A DNA stretch of 64,000 nt from Carcharhinus longimanus. Its lineage: Eukaryota. This document shows, piece after piece, positions 37,395 through 49,810 of this stretch. Position numbers and translations under genes: made by a program. Every line of letters starts with the position of its first letter. Within the stretch, counting starts at the first letter, position 1. The notes under the pieces were generated by a model. That model was given only the letters and a program-made list of their open reading frames with translations. It made no database searches and was not told where the DNA came from. Location: positions 45,772,490 to 45,836,489 of the forward strand of contig JASCQW010000032.1 of NCBI GenBank assembly GCA_030264375.1, read 5' to 3'.

Positions 37395-38760
37395 AGAATG
37401 ATGGATGAAGCCTACTGCCCCCTTCACACCCATTCCCCCCCACTCCCTCCCTTTCTCAATCCTCCCCACAGAGAAAAGATGAATTTTGGCTTGCAGCCAG
37501 GCCAGCTACCCTTTATGGTATTGTCTCTGCGAAGACAGATAGATGTTGTCTACAGTTCCAGGACCATCTCCATGCCTGATCCAGCACCAGAGGAGACAGA
37601 CTCTGAACATCAGAGGATCGGATGCCAGCTGCCCATCATAGTGGAGGGGGTATGATGACAGCCTTTCTGTAGGCCACTGCTGTACCGGAGGCTCTGGTCC
37701 TTTAACAACATGTCGGACAACATTTGCTGCCAAAGACTGCGCCTTCATAGATAGATGGTGTGACATCTGTGCCAGGTTTCAATTCACCTGGCACCTAGAG
37801 GAGGAAAAGGAGGACACCTTCTCATGGTGGCCATTGAAGGTCACAGCTGCTTTGACTTTTTTTATACATCTGGATCATTTCAGGGCTCAAGTGGGGACTT
37901 GTGCAGAATTTCTCAAACCTCTGCGCAAGTGCATCCACAAAATGACCGATGCCTTGTATGCCCCGGCATCTGATCACATCATCTTCTACCTGGACCAGGC
38001 CCAACAGGGTGTCAGGGTTGAAGGATTCTCTGCCATTGCCAGGATGCACCAGGTCCAGGGGACAATAGATGGCACTCGTGTCGTCCTTCGAGCTCTGTCT
38101 CAACATGGGGTGCCCTTCATTAACAGAAAGGGATACCACTCCCACGAACATCCAGCTGGTGTGCGACCATCTTCTGAATATTATGCACGTCTATGGATGT
38201 TACCTTGGGAGCATGCATGATTTCTACATCCTGGCACAGATGGAGATAACTGACATGTTTGAGGGTCATCCTCGGTTGACCGGTTGGCGAGTGGGGGACA
38301 AGGACTAACTGCTAAGATAATGGCTGATAATGCTTGTGTGAAGGTCCCAGACCGAGGGGGGAAAACCCATTACAATGTGGCCCACTTTGCCACCTGGAGC
38401 ATCATTGAGCAGTGCATAGAAGTCCTCAAGATGTGATTCTACTGTTTGGACTGCTCTGGTGGGGTATTACCATACAGGAAGAGCTGAAACCAATATAGAG
38501 AAGAGCTGTGGATAAGGAACTAGCATCTGAAAAAACGGTAGCACTTAAAACTAGAAAAGGCATAGGCACTCGTATCACATATCCTATAGTACCAAAATAA
38601 GTGAAATAGGAAATAAAGGGTGGGATTTTCAGCTCCTTCGGCGTCCTCCTTGGCACAGATAGTGGTTGCTTGCTCTGAGCTCCACAACAGGATGACATGG
38701 GGAAGAGGAGGTGGAGGACCAGGATGGCACAGAAAAGGAGGATGCCTTGGTTTCAGCTCT
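37395..38760 (+). mobile_element. Decayed PIF/Harbinger (HARBI1-like) DDE transposase
   Basis: VQGTIDGTRV, FINRKGYHS, NIQLVCDH..GSMHDFYIL, WRVGDKD, YNVAH..IIEQCI and IVVACSELHN, across frameshifts. Confidence 0.9.
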
Positions 38761-39267
38761 TCCTGCTATAGCACGTCACTGGCACAACAGCAGTCTTTTG
38801 TGAAAACCAAGCCAATTCCTTCATTCTCTGTAAGATTTCTCTTTTTATTTCTAACCTCTCATAACCTTACTTTATATGTGTTTGTAAAATTCTTTACCGA
38901 TTCTCTTTTTTACCTACCAGTCTTGCATCATTCCTTCACGTACCACTCTTTTTCTGTCATTGCTTTCCTTAATATTTCTGTATTTTGACTTGTTTCCTTT
39001 TCTGTATTTCTATATTGTAAATCAGTTTTTAGATCTTAAATTTAGGTTCTCAGTTTATTCAAGAAACTCCAGTTTTCCCTTGTCTTCCTGTTTTTTAAAA
39101 AATCTAATCTGCCCCTAAATATTTCCTTTTTAAACATTTCCCATTATTTTCACAATGACATTCTAGTCCCCACAATAGAGAGAGCCAATGTAATTGGAGG
39201 AAACTGTTCAGAAATTGGACAGCAAAATATCTAAGTGGCCAGAAAAATATCAGGTGAAGTTTGAGGG

Positions 39268-39662
39268 GAGGCAATGGCCTAGTGTATTTTTGCTAAACTA
39301 TTAATTCAGAAACTCAACTAATATCCTAGGGACCCAGGTTCAAATCCTGCCACAGCAGATGGTGGAATTTGAATTCAATAAAAAAAAATTTGGAATTAAG
39401 AATCTACTAATGACAATGAAATGATTGTTGATTGTCAGAAAACCCTATCTGCTTCACTAATGTCCTTTAGGGAAACCCTATCTGGTTCACTAATGCCCTT
39501 TAGGGAAGGAAATCTGCTGTCCTTACTAGGTCTGGCCTATATGTTATTCCAGAGCCACAGCAATATGATTGACTCTCAACTGCCCTCCAAGGGCAACTAG
39601 GGATGGCAATAAATGCTTGCCAGCCAGCGATGCCCATGTCCCACAAATGAATAAGAAAAAAA
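39268..39662 (+). mobile_element. tRNA-derived SINE (second family) with an internal 33-bp tandem duplication
   Basis: GGTTCAAATCC B box, homology to 28446-28722 and an A-rich tail. AACCCTATCTG.TTCACTAATG.CCTTTAGGGA occurs twice at 39441-39506. Confidence 0.85.
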
Positions 39663-39814
39663 TACAGTCAAATATAAAATAATGCACAGTGATATATTCA
39701 GAAAGGACCAGTTTCACCATCCGTCACTAAACTACCTCAAAAGAGAAATTTCATCCTTCTGCCCATAGCAGATACATTGTCTACATAGCCAACACCTCTG
39801 CTGTGCTAAATGAA

Positions 39815-39932
39815 ATGGAGATGCTGGCGTTGGACTGGGGTAAACACAGCAAGATGGCTGACAACACCAGGTTTAAGAATTATAATAAATCGGTTGGACT
39901 TAAACCTGGTGTTGTCAGCCTTCTTACTGTGC
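39815..39932. mobile_element. Miniature fold-back Penelope-end insertion with 14-bp flanking direct repeat
   Basis: Arms 39845-39877 and 39899-39931 are reverse complements (31/33). CTGTGCTAAATGAA occurs at 39801-39814 and 39927-39940. Confidence 0.8.
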
Positions 39933-41684
39933 TAAATGAAGTACAGGTGCAAGCATCTCTAAAATGTACTAATTGACCCTATTGTCTGACATTCCATGTT
40001 GGAAACACAATTCAATTAGTCACTTTGTTTGCTCTCAGCTAATGAAACCAATCAACATCCCCAGATAGGTTACTTGTTGTTGGGCTAAATTTGTAGAGTG
40101 AATTGAACTTATTAGCAACGTCATGATGTAAATTAACCAACGTTAATCCAAATCCCTTCTAGGCCACACAGGCAACAATTTCAAAATATGACTGATTATA
40201 TTACAATTGTTCTAAAACAATGTATCTGTAACTCACTGTGAACAATATCACTGGTGATCTGCTAAGTCATCAACTTTGATGTATATATTGTATATATTTA
40301 TAAAGCNNNNNNNNNNNGTGTGATAGTCAAGGTATGTCATCCACAGTGTGACTAAAAGTCTGTTATAAAATATTCTTGGAATTAAGTGTTAAAAGATAAA
40401 AGATGTGTTATTTTAATCCATAACTAGATCTCTTGCAACATTGGTAATGCTGTACCAGAGAACTTGCAGTTTTTAATAATAAGGTGTTTACCTTAGGGAA
40501 TTATACTAGATTCACTAATTTACAATGCAGACTTGTAGATCCTTTTTAGCTTTATTCTTCAGAATTTCACAGCCATTTGTGAGACATCTGTGTGATTTCT
40601 CCTTCCTGTGTGAATTATTTTATACTTCACTGCAATAAAATTAATGTATCATTGTTCTTCTCGCATATGTATTTTGACAAACATATAAATTTCTTGGCTG
40701 TCTTCTTGCATTCCATTGCTCTTCCTAGAATGGTGTTATCTGCAAAGCTGACTAATTTATTTTGGAATTATGAATTCTAATCATTGATATAAATTAAAAC
40801 CAATGATGATCCCCAGTAAGGCACCCCATTCAATAAACCTCTGACAAGTATTGGTTGTTTTCTACCCTTTAGCTTTTCTTGTCCATTCCCAAGCTTTATC
40901 CCAGTCCCCAAAACTTTATGTTTAACGAATCTCCTTTGTGTGGAATTTTGTCAAATGTCTCTTGGAAACTACACTAAAACCCTCTTGTAGGATTTTCGTT
41001 CAGGCTATCATTTCCTCAACAAAGAAAAAAAAATTTTCTTTTTCCCCAATCCTAACAATAATTTTTTTTTCCCCCTCGTATCTCCTTCAGAGACCAAGAG
41101 CAACGACCTTCGAATTGAATGTTCCGCGTCGGTAGCCGAGGTTCACGAACTCCAGGACTAGGATACCTGAATCCACGCGGTACAGTTATGTCCTCCTCTA
41201 CTAACAATAATAATAAGCAACGCGGCGTCTACTCCCGCAACTGCGCCAGCAGCCCAAAGGAAATACCGTAAGACCATCTACGAGCGAGGCATATTCACAC
41301 ATGTGCACACACGTGATACGGCTGTCATGTATCTACACCGTATTGNNNNNNNNNNNNNNNNNNNNNNNNNNNNNNNNNNNNNNNNNNNNNNNNNNNNNNN
41401 NNNNNNNNNNNNNNNNNNNNNNNNNNNNNNNNNNNNNNNNNNNNNATTTGAAGTAATGTTCTTAGGTTTGTAATGTCATTTAATGCTTTTTAACCTTTTT
41501 GAATACTTCCTGCTACTGCTCATCTTATTAGCACTTCAAAATTATGTGGAAAATCTAATTGTGTTGGTTGATATAATTGAAAGGACTAATAATTAAATGG
41601 AACTGTTGTGTTGCCTTAAATAGCAAATGTCATTAAATGTCTTCACAAAAATTTAATGCTTTTATTGTGTTTTTGTTTTCACAG

Positions 41685-41742
41685 TTCTTAAAGGCAATAA
41701 TGGATCGAGACTACAAATTGTCAAGTAAGCTTTGTGAAATGA
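41685..41742 (+). CDS. ERICH2: ERICH2-like gene, conserved exon (58 bp, phase 0-1)
   Basis: TTTTTGTTTTCACAG acceptor and GA|GTAAGT donor. FLKAIMDRDYKLSSKLCEM joins APIELMGE in frame; compare human APLELMAEFLRAEMAREYQLAKKLCQMI as recalled. Confidence 0.92.
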
Positions 41743-43699
41743 GTAAGTACAAAAATTGCTTTTGAGTATTTTTCATGTTAGAATGTTTGATCATGTTTTC
41801 TTTGTGGAATGAATTGTGTTTAAGATATGTTTAGGCTTTTTAAAAACAAAATATATTCACATCAATTTAAAATGAAAGGCATGAATTGAAATTGCTTATT
41901 GAAGTCAGATTTTGTAGAATCACAATGGATGTAATGGCCAAAATGTTATTCCACCCCCCTCCTCTCCGCTGGGAATGGGATGGCAGGAGGAGCTATAAAT
42001 TAGGGTGCCATGGCGGTAGGACACTGCTTGCCATCTACCCATCTCCACTTTCTGTGATTTTGGTGGGGGAAGGAAGCTGGGCTAATTGAGGCTATTAAAT
42101 GGCCAACTAATAACCGTTTAAAGGGCCCCTCCAGAGCTGCCTCTGGGATTTTATCTGCAGTGGGAAAGGCTGGCACCAGGTGTCCAGCCCACCAGGTTTC
42201 AACTGGTGACCAGGCATAGGGTGGAGCACCTCCTTTTTGTGCCACCTGTGCCAATCATAGGACTAACCCCCACCCCAATATTCCACTCTTTCCATCAGCC
42301 TAGTCTAAGCCACCCTACTCACCCGGGCCTGTAGCCTGTTCCGGCAGGATCCAGGACTCATCCTTCATCCCAACTCCATTAAAAATGCGGGCTGGGAATA
42401 CTGAGCTAACGGGTGTTTGGTTGGCTGGCAGCTCTCAAGGTGGGATGCCCTCCCCAATGTGTTGGGAAGTGTGTGGGGGAGGGGGGACAGGTTGGGGGAG
42501 GATTCATCTCAAGCCAGTTCATGGTCCAAAGGCTGTTAAATGGATGTGGGCTGAGCCAGATAGCTAGGCTTACCCCTAAATCTATTACTGGGGTGGCTGA
42601 GCCCAGCCCTCAGTGTAAAATTTAGCTCAGTGGGGCACACTTTTCTTTTATGAAACTGTTTGACAAAGATTGCCTGTATTTGTCTGGAAAATAACAAGTT
42701 ATTCCTTCTTTGAACTCATACCCCAAATGGGAAGAAAAAGTGCTAAGTGTTCTTGTTGTATTTTGGTTCCACATGTTGCTGGTAATCACAATTTAAATTT
42801 GAAGAGTTTAGACTTTGTTACCTTTGTTGCCATGCTGCTTTGTACACCAAAAGGACTGGATTAAACTGGCTCTGTTATAAATTATATCAGTCTTCAGTGC
42901 AGCTATGAAATGTGGCACCCTGGAACACCTACACATAAAAATTAGTTCCTAGCTAGTTTGTAGCTCTGTAGAGATATTGATAGATAATACAATAATATAT
43001 TACATCCCGCTTTCTTTAAATTGTAATAGTTGTTCCAGGCATTAACTAATAAATGAAAGGAGATTATTAACCAATTTTGAAAATACACTGAACTCTTTCT
43101 GGATTATTTGTAGCACAGATTATTTTCTAAAAATATTGTTCCGCAGTATTATTTAGGTGGTAAGATGTTTTGTGTCCATCTTGTAGACTTAGCATTCCTT
43201 GCTCTTAGTGCTGAGTTGGCATGCTGCACAGATGTTGTGCTTGTTACCCCTGGTGTTGCAGAAATCGTTTGCTGTTTCTAATGTTGTTTCATTTTCTGGT
43301 GACATTAATGTTGTCTCTGAGGGTACTGATGTTTTTGGTGTTGCTGATGGTCTTTTCTGTTCGTCCAGCTCTGGTGTTGGCCAAATATGAGCTCTGTTTC
43401 TTCTCATTTGTTACACATTTTGGTCTCAATTGTATATAACTTTGGTGTCTCGACTTCAGCAACAACCTTTGCTGGGATCCCGGTTTTCAAAAGCTCATGT
43501 AGGAATTTAGTACGTTCAGTGAATCTCCTGGTCACTTGGAGGATATACTTTGCTTGGCTGAGTAGTCATATATTTTCTTCCAGTCAGCAACGTTACATGT
43601 CATTTCATGTCAACCTTGAGGTGTGTGGATCGGTGTGACAATATAACAAGGTTGGGTCTTCCCTTGTTGTTTGGCATTTGGTGATGTAAGAGTGACAAC

Positions 43700-44962
43700 C
43701 TTTGACATCAAGACCACGTTTGACTGAATGTGGCATCAAGGAGCCGCAAAACTGGAATCAATGGATATCAGGGGGTAAACTCTCCACTGGTTGGAATCAT
43801 ACCTGGTACATAGGAAGATGGTTATGGTTGTGGAAGGTCAGTTATCTCAGCTCCAGGACATCTCTGTAGGAGTCCCTCAGGGTAGTGTCATAGGCCCAAC
43901 CATCTTCAGCTGCTTTATCAATGATCTTCCCTCCGTCACAAGGTCAGAAGTGAGGATGTTCACAATGATTGCACAATGTTCAGCACCATTTGCAACTCCT
44001 CGCAAATGGTGCATGTTCAAATGCAACAAGATCTGGACAATGTCGAGGCTTGGGCTGACAAGTGGCAAGTAACATTTGCGCCACGCAAATGCTAGGCAAT
44101 GATCATCGCCAATAAGAGACACTTGCACCACCATCCCTTGACATTTAATGGTGTTACATCCCCAAATGTCCAAATTGGGGTTATCATTGAAACTCAACTG
44201 GACTTGCCACATAAACACAGTAGCTACATGAGCAGGTCAGTGACTAGGAATACTGTGGCAAGTAATTCATCTCCTGACTCCCCAGAGTCTGTCCACTATC
44301 TACAAGGCACAAGTCAGGAGGGTGATGAAATATTCCCCACATGCCTGGATGGATGAAGCTCCAATAACAGTCAAGAAGCTTGACACCATCTAGGACAAAA
44401 CAGCCCACTTGATTGGCATCACATCCACAAATATCCATTCCCTCCATCACCGACACTCAGTAACAGCAGTGTGTACTATCTACAAGATGCACTGCAGCAA
44501 TTCACCAAAGATCCTTAGACAGCACCTTCCAAACCCATGANNNNNNNNNNNNNNNNNNNNNNNNNNNNNNNNNNNNNNNNNNNNNNNNNNNNNNNNNNNN
44601 NNNNNNNNNNNNNNNNNNNNNNNNNNNNNNNNNNNNNNNNCAGTGTGTACTATCTACAAGATGCACTGCAGCAATTCACCAAAGATCCTTAGACAGCACC
44701 TTCCAAACCCATGACCAGTCTCATCTAGAAGGATGAGGGCAGCAAATACGTGGGAACACCTCCACCTGCAAGTTCCCTTCCAAGCCACTCACCATCCTGA
44801 CTTGGAAATATATCACTGTTCCTTCGCAGTCACTGGGTCAACATCCTGGAATTCCCTCCCTAACAGCATTGTAGGTCAACCCACAGCACGTGTTCTGCAG
44901 CGATTTAAGAAGGTAGCTCACCACCATCTTCTCAAGGACAACCTGAGATGGGCCTTGAATGA
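43700..44962 (+). mobile_element. CR1-like LINE (second family), RT to 3' end, nested in Gypsy
   Basis: QDISVGVPQGSVIGPTIFSCFINDLPSV..SEVRMF; TGAATGAAT tail. Confidence 0.9.
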
Positions 44963-45499
44963 ATAGAATAGAGAAAAGAATTCACTGGGCTCTGTTGACC
45001 ATTTGAACACAACTTTTTGTAAACCTGTGTTCTCAAGTATATTGTGGTGATATGGTGATGATGTTGAACCAGCAAATTCCTTAACCTCCTTGGATGTGAA
45101 CTGGGTGATATTATAACACGTTGATCTTTAGGAATTCCTAGCTCAGCAAACAGAATTTGTGCTGCTGAGATAATAATTGTGGTTCTCAAGTTTTTCATCT
45201 TCGGACCAAAAGAAACTTTGAATCTTCGTCTGCAATTATGAGATACCATTCTTGATTGTGTGTGAATAAATCAGCTCCAACAGTACGCCATGGTCTGGCT
45301 TTATGCTCAGTGTTTCTGTACTTCTGGAAGACATTACAGGCCAGATTCTCCAGCTTTGTCAGACAGCCCGCGGAAATCCTAATGCCCCATTGAAATGGGG
45401 CATTGGCCAAAAATCAGGATTCCTGCCAGACATGAGGGCAGTGATATTCAATCTGCCCTTCCAGCCCCGATTGGGTTCCTGCCCATAGAAGGTGGCACT

Positions 45500-47212
45500 G
45501 GTGAGATACTAATGGGGAACACAGATGGCAGAGGCATTGAACTAATATTTTGCCTCTGTCTTCACAATAAAAAATAATGAAGGCAGATAAGTCTCTGGGA
45601 CCTGATGGCCTGCATCATAGGATATTAAAGGAGGGGTAAGCAGGGATGGTGGATGCATTAGTTGTGATATTTCAAAATTCCTTGCATACTGGTAAGGTCC
45701 TAGTGGATTGGAAATACTCTAATGTGATGTCTTATTCAAAAAGAGTGAAAGGCAAAAAGTAGCTTGATCTCTGTGGTCGGTAAGTTGCTGGAATCAGTCA
45801 TTAAGGAGAAGATGAATCAGCATTTGAAAAGGCAAAGCTCAATCCACCATTGTCAGCATGGTTTTATGAAGGATAAGTCATGCTTGACAAACTTGCTTGA
45901 GTTCATTGAGGACATAACCAGCAAGGTGGATAGTGGGGAACCTATGGATGTGGTACATCTGGACTTCCAGAAGGCGTCTGACAAGGTACCACAAAAAGTC
46001 TGATCCAGAAGGTGAGATCACAGGATTGGGGGTAGAGAATTGGATTGGATTGAGGATCGGCTCACTGACAGAAAGCAGAGGGTCAGGATAGATGTGTCAT
46101 AGAAACTAGGAGGAGTAGGCCATTTGGCCCTTTGAGCCTGCTTCCCTGGCTGGCGAAATGTAACTAGCAGGGTGCTTCAGGGGTCTGTCCTCGGACCTCA
46201 ACTGTTTACAATCTATACAAATGATCTACAAGCAGGGACGGAGTGTAACATAGCAAAATTTGTATATGAAATTTAAAATAGGTAGGAAAGCAGGCAATGA
46301 AGAGGAATAGATAGGCTAGGAGAATGGGCCAAAATTTGGCAAATGGCATTTAATGTGGATAAGTGTGAGGTTGTCCATTTTGGCAGAAAAAATAGAAAGG
46401 CAAATTATTTACCTAAATGGAAAGCAGATTTAAAATGCGTCTGGGCAGAGGGATCTGGCTGTCCATTCGCCCAGTTGCTCTGGCTCTGCTGCCTAATCTA
46501 TCACCTTCTATATTTGTTCTGCACATCTTTTGCCAATGATTGGCTTTTCCATAAACTCTGCAGATCATGAATCACAGAAAGTCAGTATGCAGATGCAGCA
46601 TGTAATAAAAAAAGGCAAATGGGATGTTGGCATTTATTGCAAAGGAACTGGGGTATAAAGTAGAGAAGTGTCGTTGCAATCATATAGGGTATCGGTGAGA
46701 CCACTTCTGGAGTATTGTGTTCAGTTTTGGTCTCCTTATTTGAGGAAGGATATGATGGCACTGGAGGCAGTTCTGAGGAGATTCACCAGATTGATTCTGG
46801 GGATGAAACAGTTGACATGTGAGGAGAGATTAAACATTTTGGGCTCATGCTCACTGGAGTTTGGAGAGGGGAACTGATTGAAATATATAAAACTTTAAAA
46901 CAGATTGATAAAGTAGAAGTAGACCAAATGTTTCCTCTTATATGGCAATCTAGAAAGGTCCTAGGTAAAGGTTGAGAGGCGGTAGATTTAAAACTTCTCG
47001 CAGAGGATGGTGAATTTGTGGAACTCACTGCCTCATAGTGCAGTGAAGTCTGAATTGTTGAATAGTTTCAAGGAGATAGGTATTTCTAATAAAAAAGGAG
47101 GAACAGGTGGGGAAGTAGATTTGAGACAATGGAGAGATCAGCCATGATCTGATTGAATAGCGGAGCAGGTATGAAGGGCTGAATTTGCCTATATCTGCTC
47201 CTAATTCCTATG
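45500..47212 (+). mobile_element. CR1 LINE ORF2 (decayed), nested in Gypsy
   Basis: SVVGKLLES..QHGFMKDKSCLTNLLEF..DVVHLDFQKASDKVP; RPLLEYCVQFWSPYLRKD; 3' UTR with a CCTATGTATG tail. Confidence 0.95.
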
Positions 47213-48989
47213 TATGTTGAATGTGGTCGATAGCGAAGATTCTGTGTTTGGTTTCACATTCGATCACTTCTGACATTGAGTTGCTTATAACTTTTGTCCT
47301 TGCCAGTGCTGGTGTAATTTCTTCCAATATTGGAATGGGGTAATGATCCCTCTTTATGGTGTGATTACGATCTTTAGGATCCAGGCAAGTTCTTAGCCAT
47401 CCATTTGTCTTCTCTTTCACCATTTTTACCCAAAGTGGAATTTATCCAATCTGGTGATCACCTTTTCTTCTATATCTTACAAGTTTTCCTTTTAATTCTG
47501 TTGGTACTTTCTGTGGGGATGAATCGCTGGTTTTATTGTTGGATCAACGGTGATGTGATATTCAAAATTTTCAAACCATCCAATCATTCTGAAACAGTCT
47601 GGGTACATTTGCAACAGAACTTTTCTGATTGGAGGGTGTTTTCCAGTGAGTGTCACCTTTTTTACCTCATTGTTTACTGAGAAATCCACAGCTCTTCATA
47701 ACTGCTCAAGGCTTTTCCATAAACTCTGCAGATTGACCTATATGTGGGTATTTCCTTCCATCTGTGAATTCATGTTGTCTTCCACAGCTGCATGTTTTTC
47801 TCCCTGTTTAATGTGCATTCTTTTGTTTCTGCTGCACTGCATCAGTCTTGTTACCTTTATCTTGGTTTATCTGAAGGCTCGTCATTTGGGTAGTCAGTAG
47901 CTTCACCTGTCTGCTCACAGCCTCGTGCTCTGGAAGTGTTTACAGCTTAGGTTATTGTTAACTTCTTTTTTCAAAGTAAAGCTTTCTGTACTACTTCAGA
48001 ACCACAAATTAGTTGACCTATCTTTGTCCTTAAATTTACATTATATAGCTGCATTTTGAAAATTATGTTCCAAAGTTATCAATAGTTTTGTCTAATTCCT
48101 GTCTGAGGGTTTCAAATTCATACTGGTAGATTCAATGATTTGATTTTGGCTAGATATGCGTGCTGAATTTTTGTTTTAAATTGTTTGGGTCTTCACTGAA
48201 CTCCTCAGTAAGCTCCCAGCTGTCAAATTAATGTAATCCTATATCTCCTTCCCACAGAAAGTTACAGCTGACCCTGTCTCCATTGCTAATGCCTTTTAGG
48301 AAAATACTGAACGTCAACTTGCACTCAAATGCCTCAGCGATGGTTAGCTTCACAATTCATTGAGTAGCTTTCATTCATTGCTGTGCTGGTTGATATTTCC
48401 TTTTTTTTCTGTTCCTCCACTAAGCTTTTCTTTTGGTATTAATGTTGGTTGGTTTTCCAAATCAGCACTAAATTAATTTTAAATGCTTCAAGTTTACTCA
48501 TAGAATTTTCTGCCACTATTCTATGTGTTCTTGTTGTATTTTAGTTCCCAGGTATTGGTAATCATTTCACTTTGGGCTTGGAAAGATCGGAATTATTTGT
48601 TTTTAATAGTAGCATACTGCCCTGTGCACTAGAAGAACAGGATTGAACTGGTTCTGTTCAATATCACGTCCTTCTCCAGTGCAGCTGTGAATTATGGTCC
48701 TCTGGAACAGTTACACCTGGCAATTAGTTCCTAGCTAATTAATTTCTAGCCCTTCACAGAGATTTGCAGATAATACAGCAGCATCTAAAAATAAGATAAC
48801 CTGTTTTATTTGAGTAAGCCAGCTAGTTTGATGTGTGGAGAGAAAGCCTGGCTGGTTAAGTAGAAACTAAATCATTTCAAGCTCTGAGCAGATCAGAATC
48901 TGATTACTGACTAGGCTTGGGTGAAGCGAGATACAGAAATCCAAAGAGAAAAGTGAATAGGGACCAGAACAATAATGAATGCGCAGCGA

Positions 48990-49135
48990 CAGCCCTCAAT
49001 GAACTGGGAAGCTGATCATCATAGAAGCATTTGTGAAATTTAAACAAAACTGCAAATTGACATTCAGTGGTTTCCTAAATGGCACTAGTACTAAAGAGAA
49101 GGTCAGCGATATCCTTCTGTGGGAATTAAGGTAAA
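48990..49135 (+). mobile_element. Gypsy gag N-terminal fragment, opposite in orientation to the neighbouring element
   Basis: MNWEAD..IEAFVKFKQNCKLTFSGFLNGTSTKEKVSDILLW is similar to the reverse complement of 48245-48362. Confidence 0.65.
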
Positions 49136-49199
49136 AAACTGAAATTAAAATTTCTTTATCCGAATGCATAAAGCATCTGCAAATAAGATAGATCAACTA

Positions 49200-49422
49200 G
49201 TGGCACAAATAAAGTGATTAGATTGCATTGTCAATACAGGGACATACTTATAGGGTGATCAAGGATGGGAAATAAATATTCCAGGGTCCACAATATTTAG
49301 GAAATGGAGAATAGGAAAGTAGGAGGGGTAACTCCGATAGTAAAAGTTGACATAAGCACATTAATGAGAAAGGATCTGACCTCAGAAGATCACGAAATAG
49401 AATCAATATGGGTAGAAATTCA
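49200..49422 (+). mobile_element. CR1 endonuclease fragment, left half (continues at 53894)
   Basis: KVGGVTPIVKVDISTLMRKDLTSEDHEIESIWVEI, ending at AAATTCA. Confidence 0.85.
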
Positions 49423-49804
49423 CACAAACATCATGCAAATCAGCCTTCCGTCCACTGACTCTATCTACATTTCCTGCTGCCTCGGCAAAGCAGCCAGCAT
49501 AATTAAGAACCCCACGCACCCCGGATATTCTTTCTCCCATGTTCTTCTGTCAGGAAAAAGATACAAAAGTCTGAGGTCACAAACCAACTGACTCAAGAAC
49601 AGCTTCTTCCCTGCTGCTGTCAGACTTTTGAATGGACTTACCTTGCATCAAGTTGATCTTTCTCTACACCCTAGTTATGACGAACACTACAAACTGCACT
49701 CTCTCACTTCCTTCTCCATGAACGGTATGCTTTGTCTGCATAGTGCACAAACAATATTTTTCATTGCATGTTAATATATGTGACAATAATAAATCAAATC
49801 AAAA
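49423..49804 (+). mobile_element. Rex1/Babar-like LINE 3' end (copy 1)
   Basis: LPSTDSIYISCCLGKAASIIKNPTHPGYSFSHVLLSGKRYKSLRSQTN.LKNSFFPAAVRLLN; (AAATC)n tail. Confidence 0.85.
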
Positions 49805-49810
49805 CCTCAC

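Larger units (their letters stand above)
42741..48790 (-). mobile_element. Ancient Gypsy LTR retrotransposon retaining both LTRs, with two nested LINEs
   Basis: Diverged direct repeats ~42741-43004 and ~48519-48790. PPT (rc TTTAAAGAAAGCGGGA) at 43005-43020 and PBS-like (rc TAGTGGCAGAA, tRNA-Leu type) at 48508-48518. RT VKEKTNGWLRTCLDPKDRNHTIKRDHYPIPILEEI; integrase PWRTVGADLFTHNQEWYLIIAD. Confidence 0.85.

Noticed and set aside
37395-38760. Domesticated HARBI1 gene
   Set aside because: Multiple frameshifts, stops and an insertion mark it as a transposon fossil.
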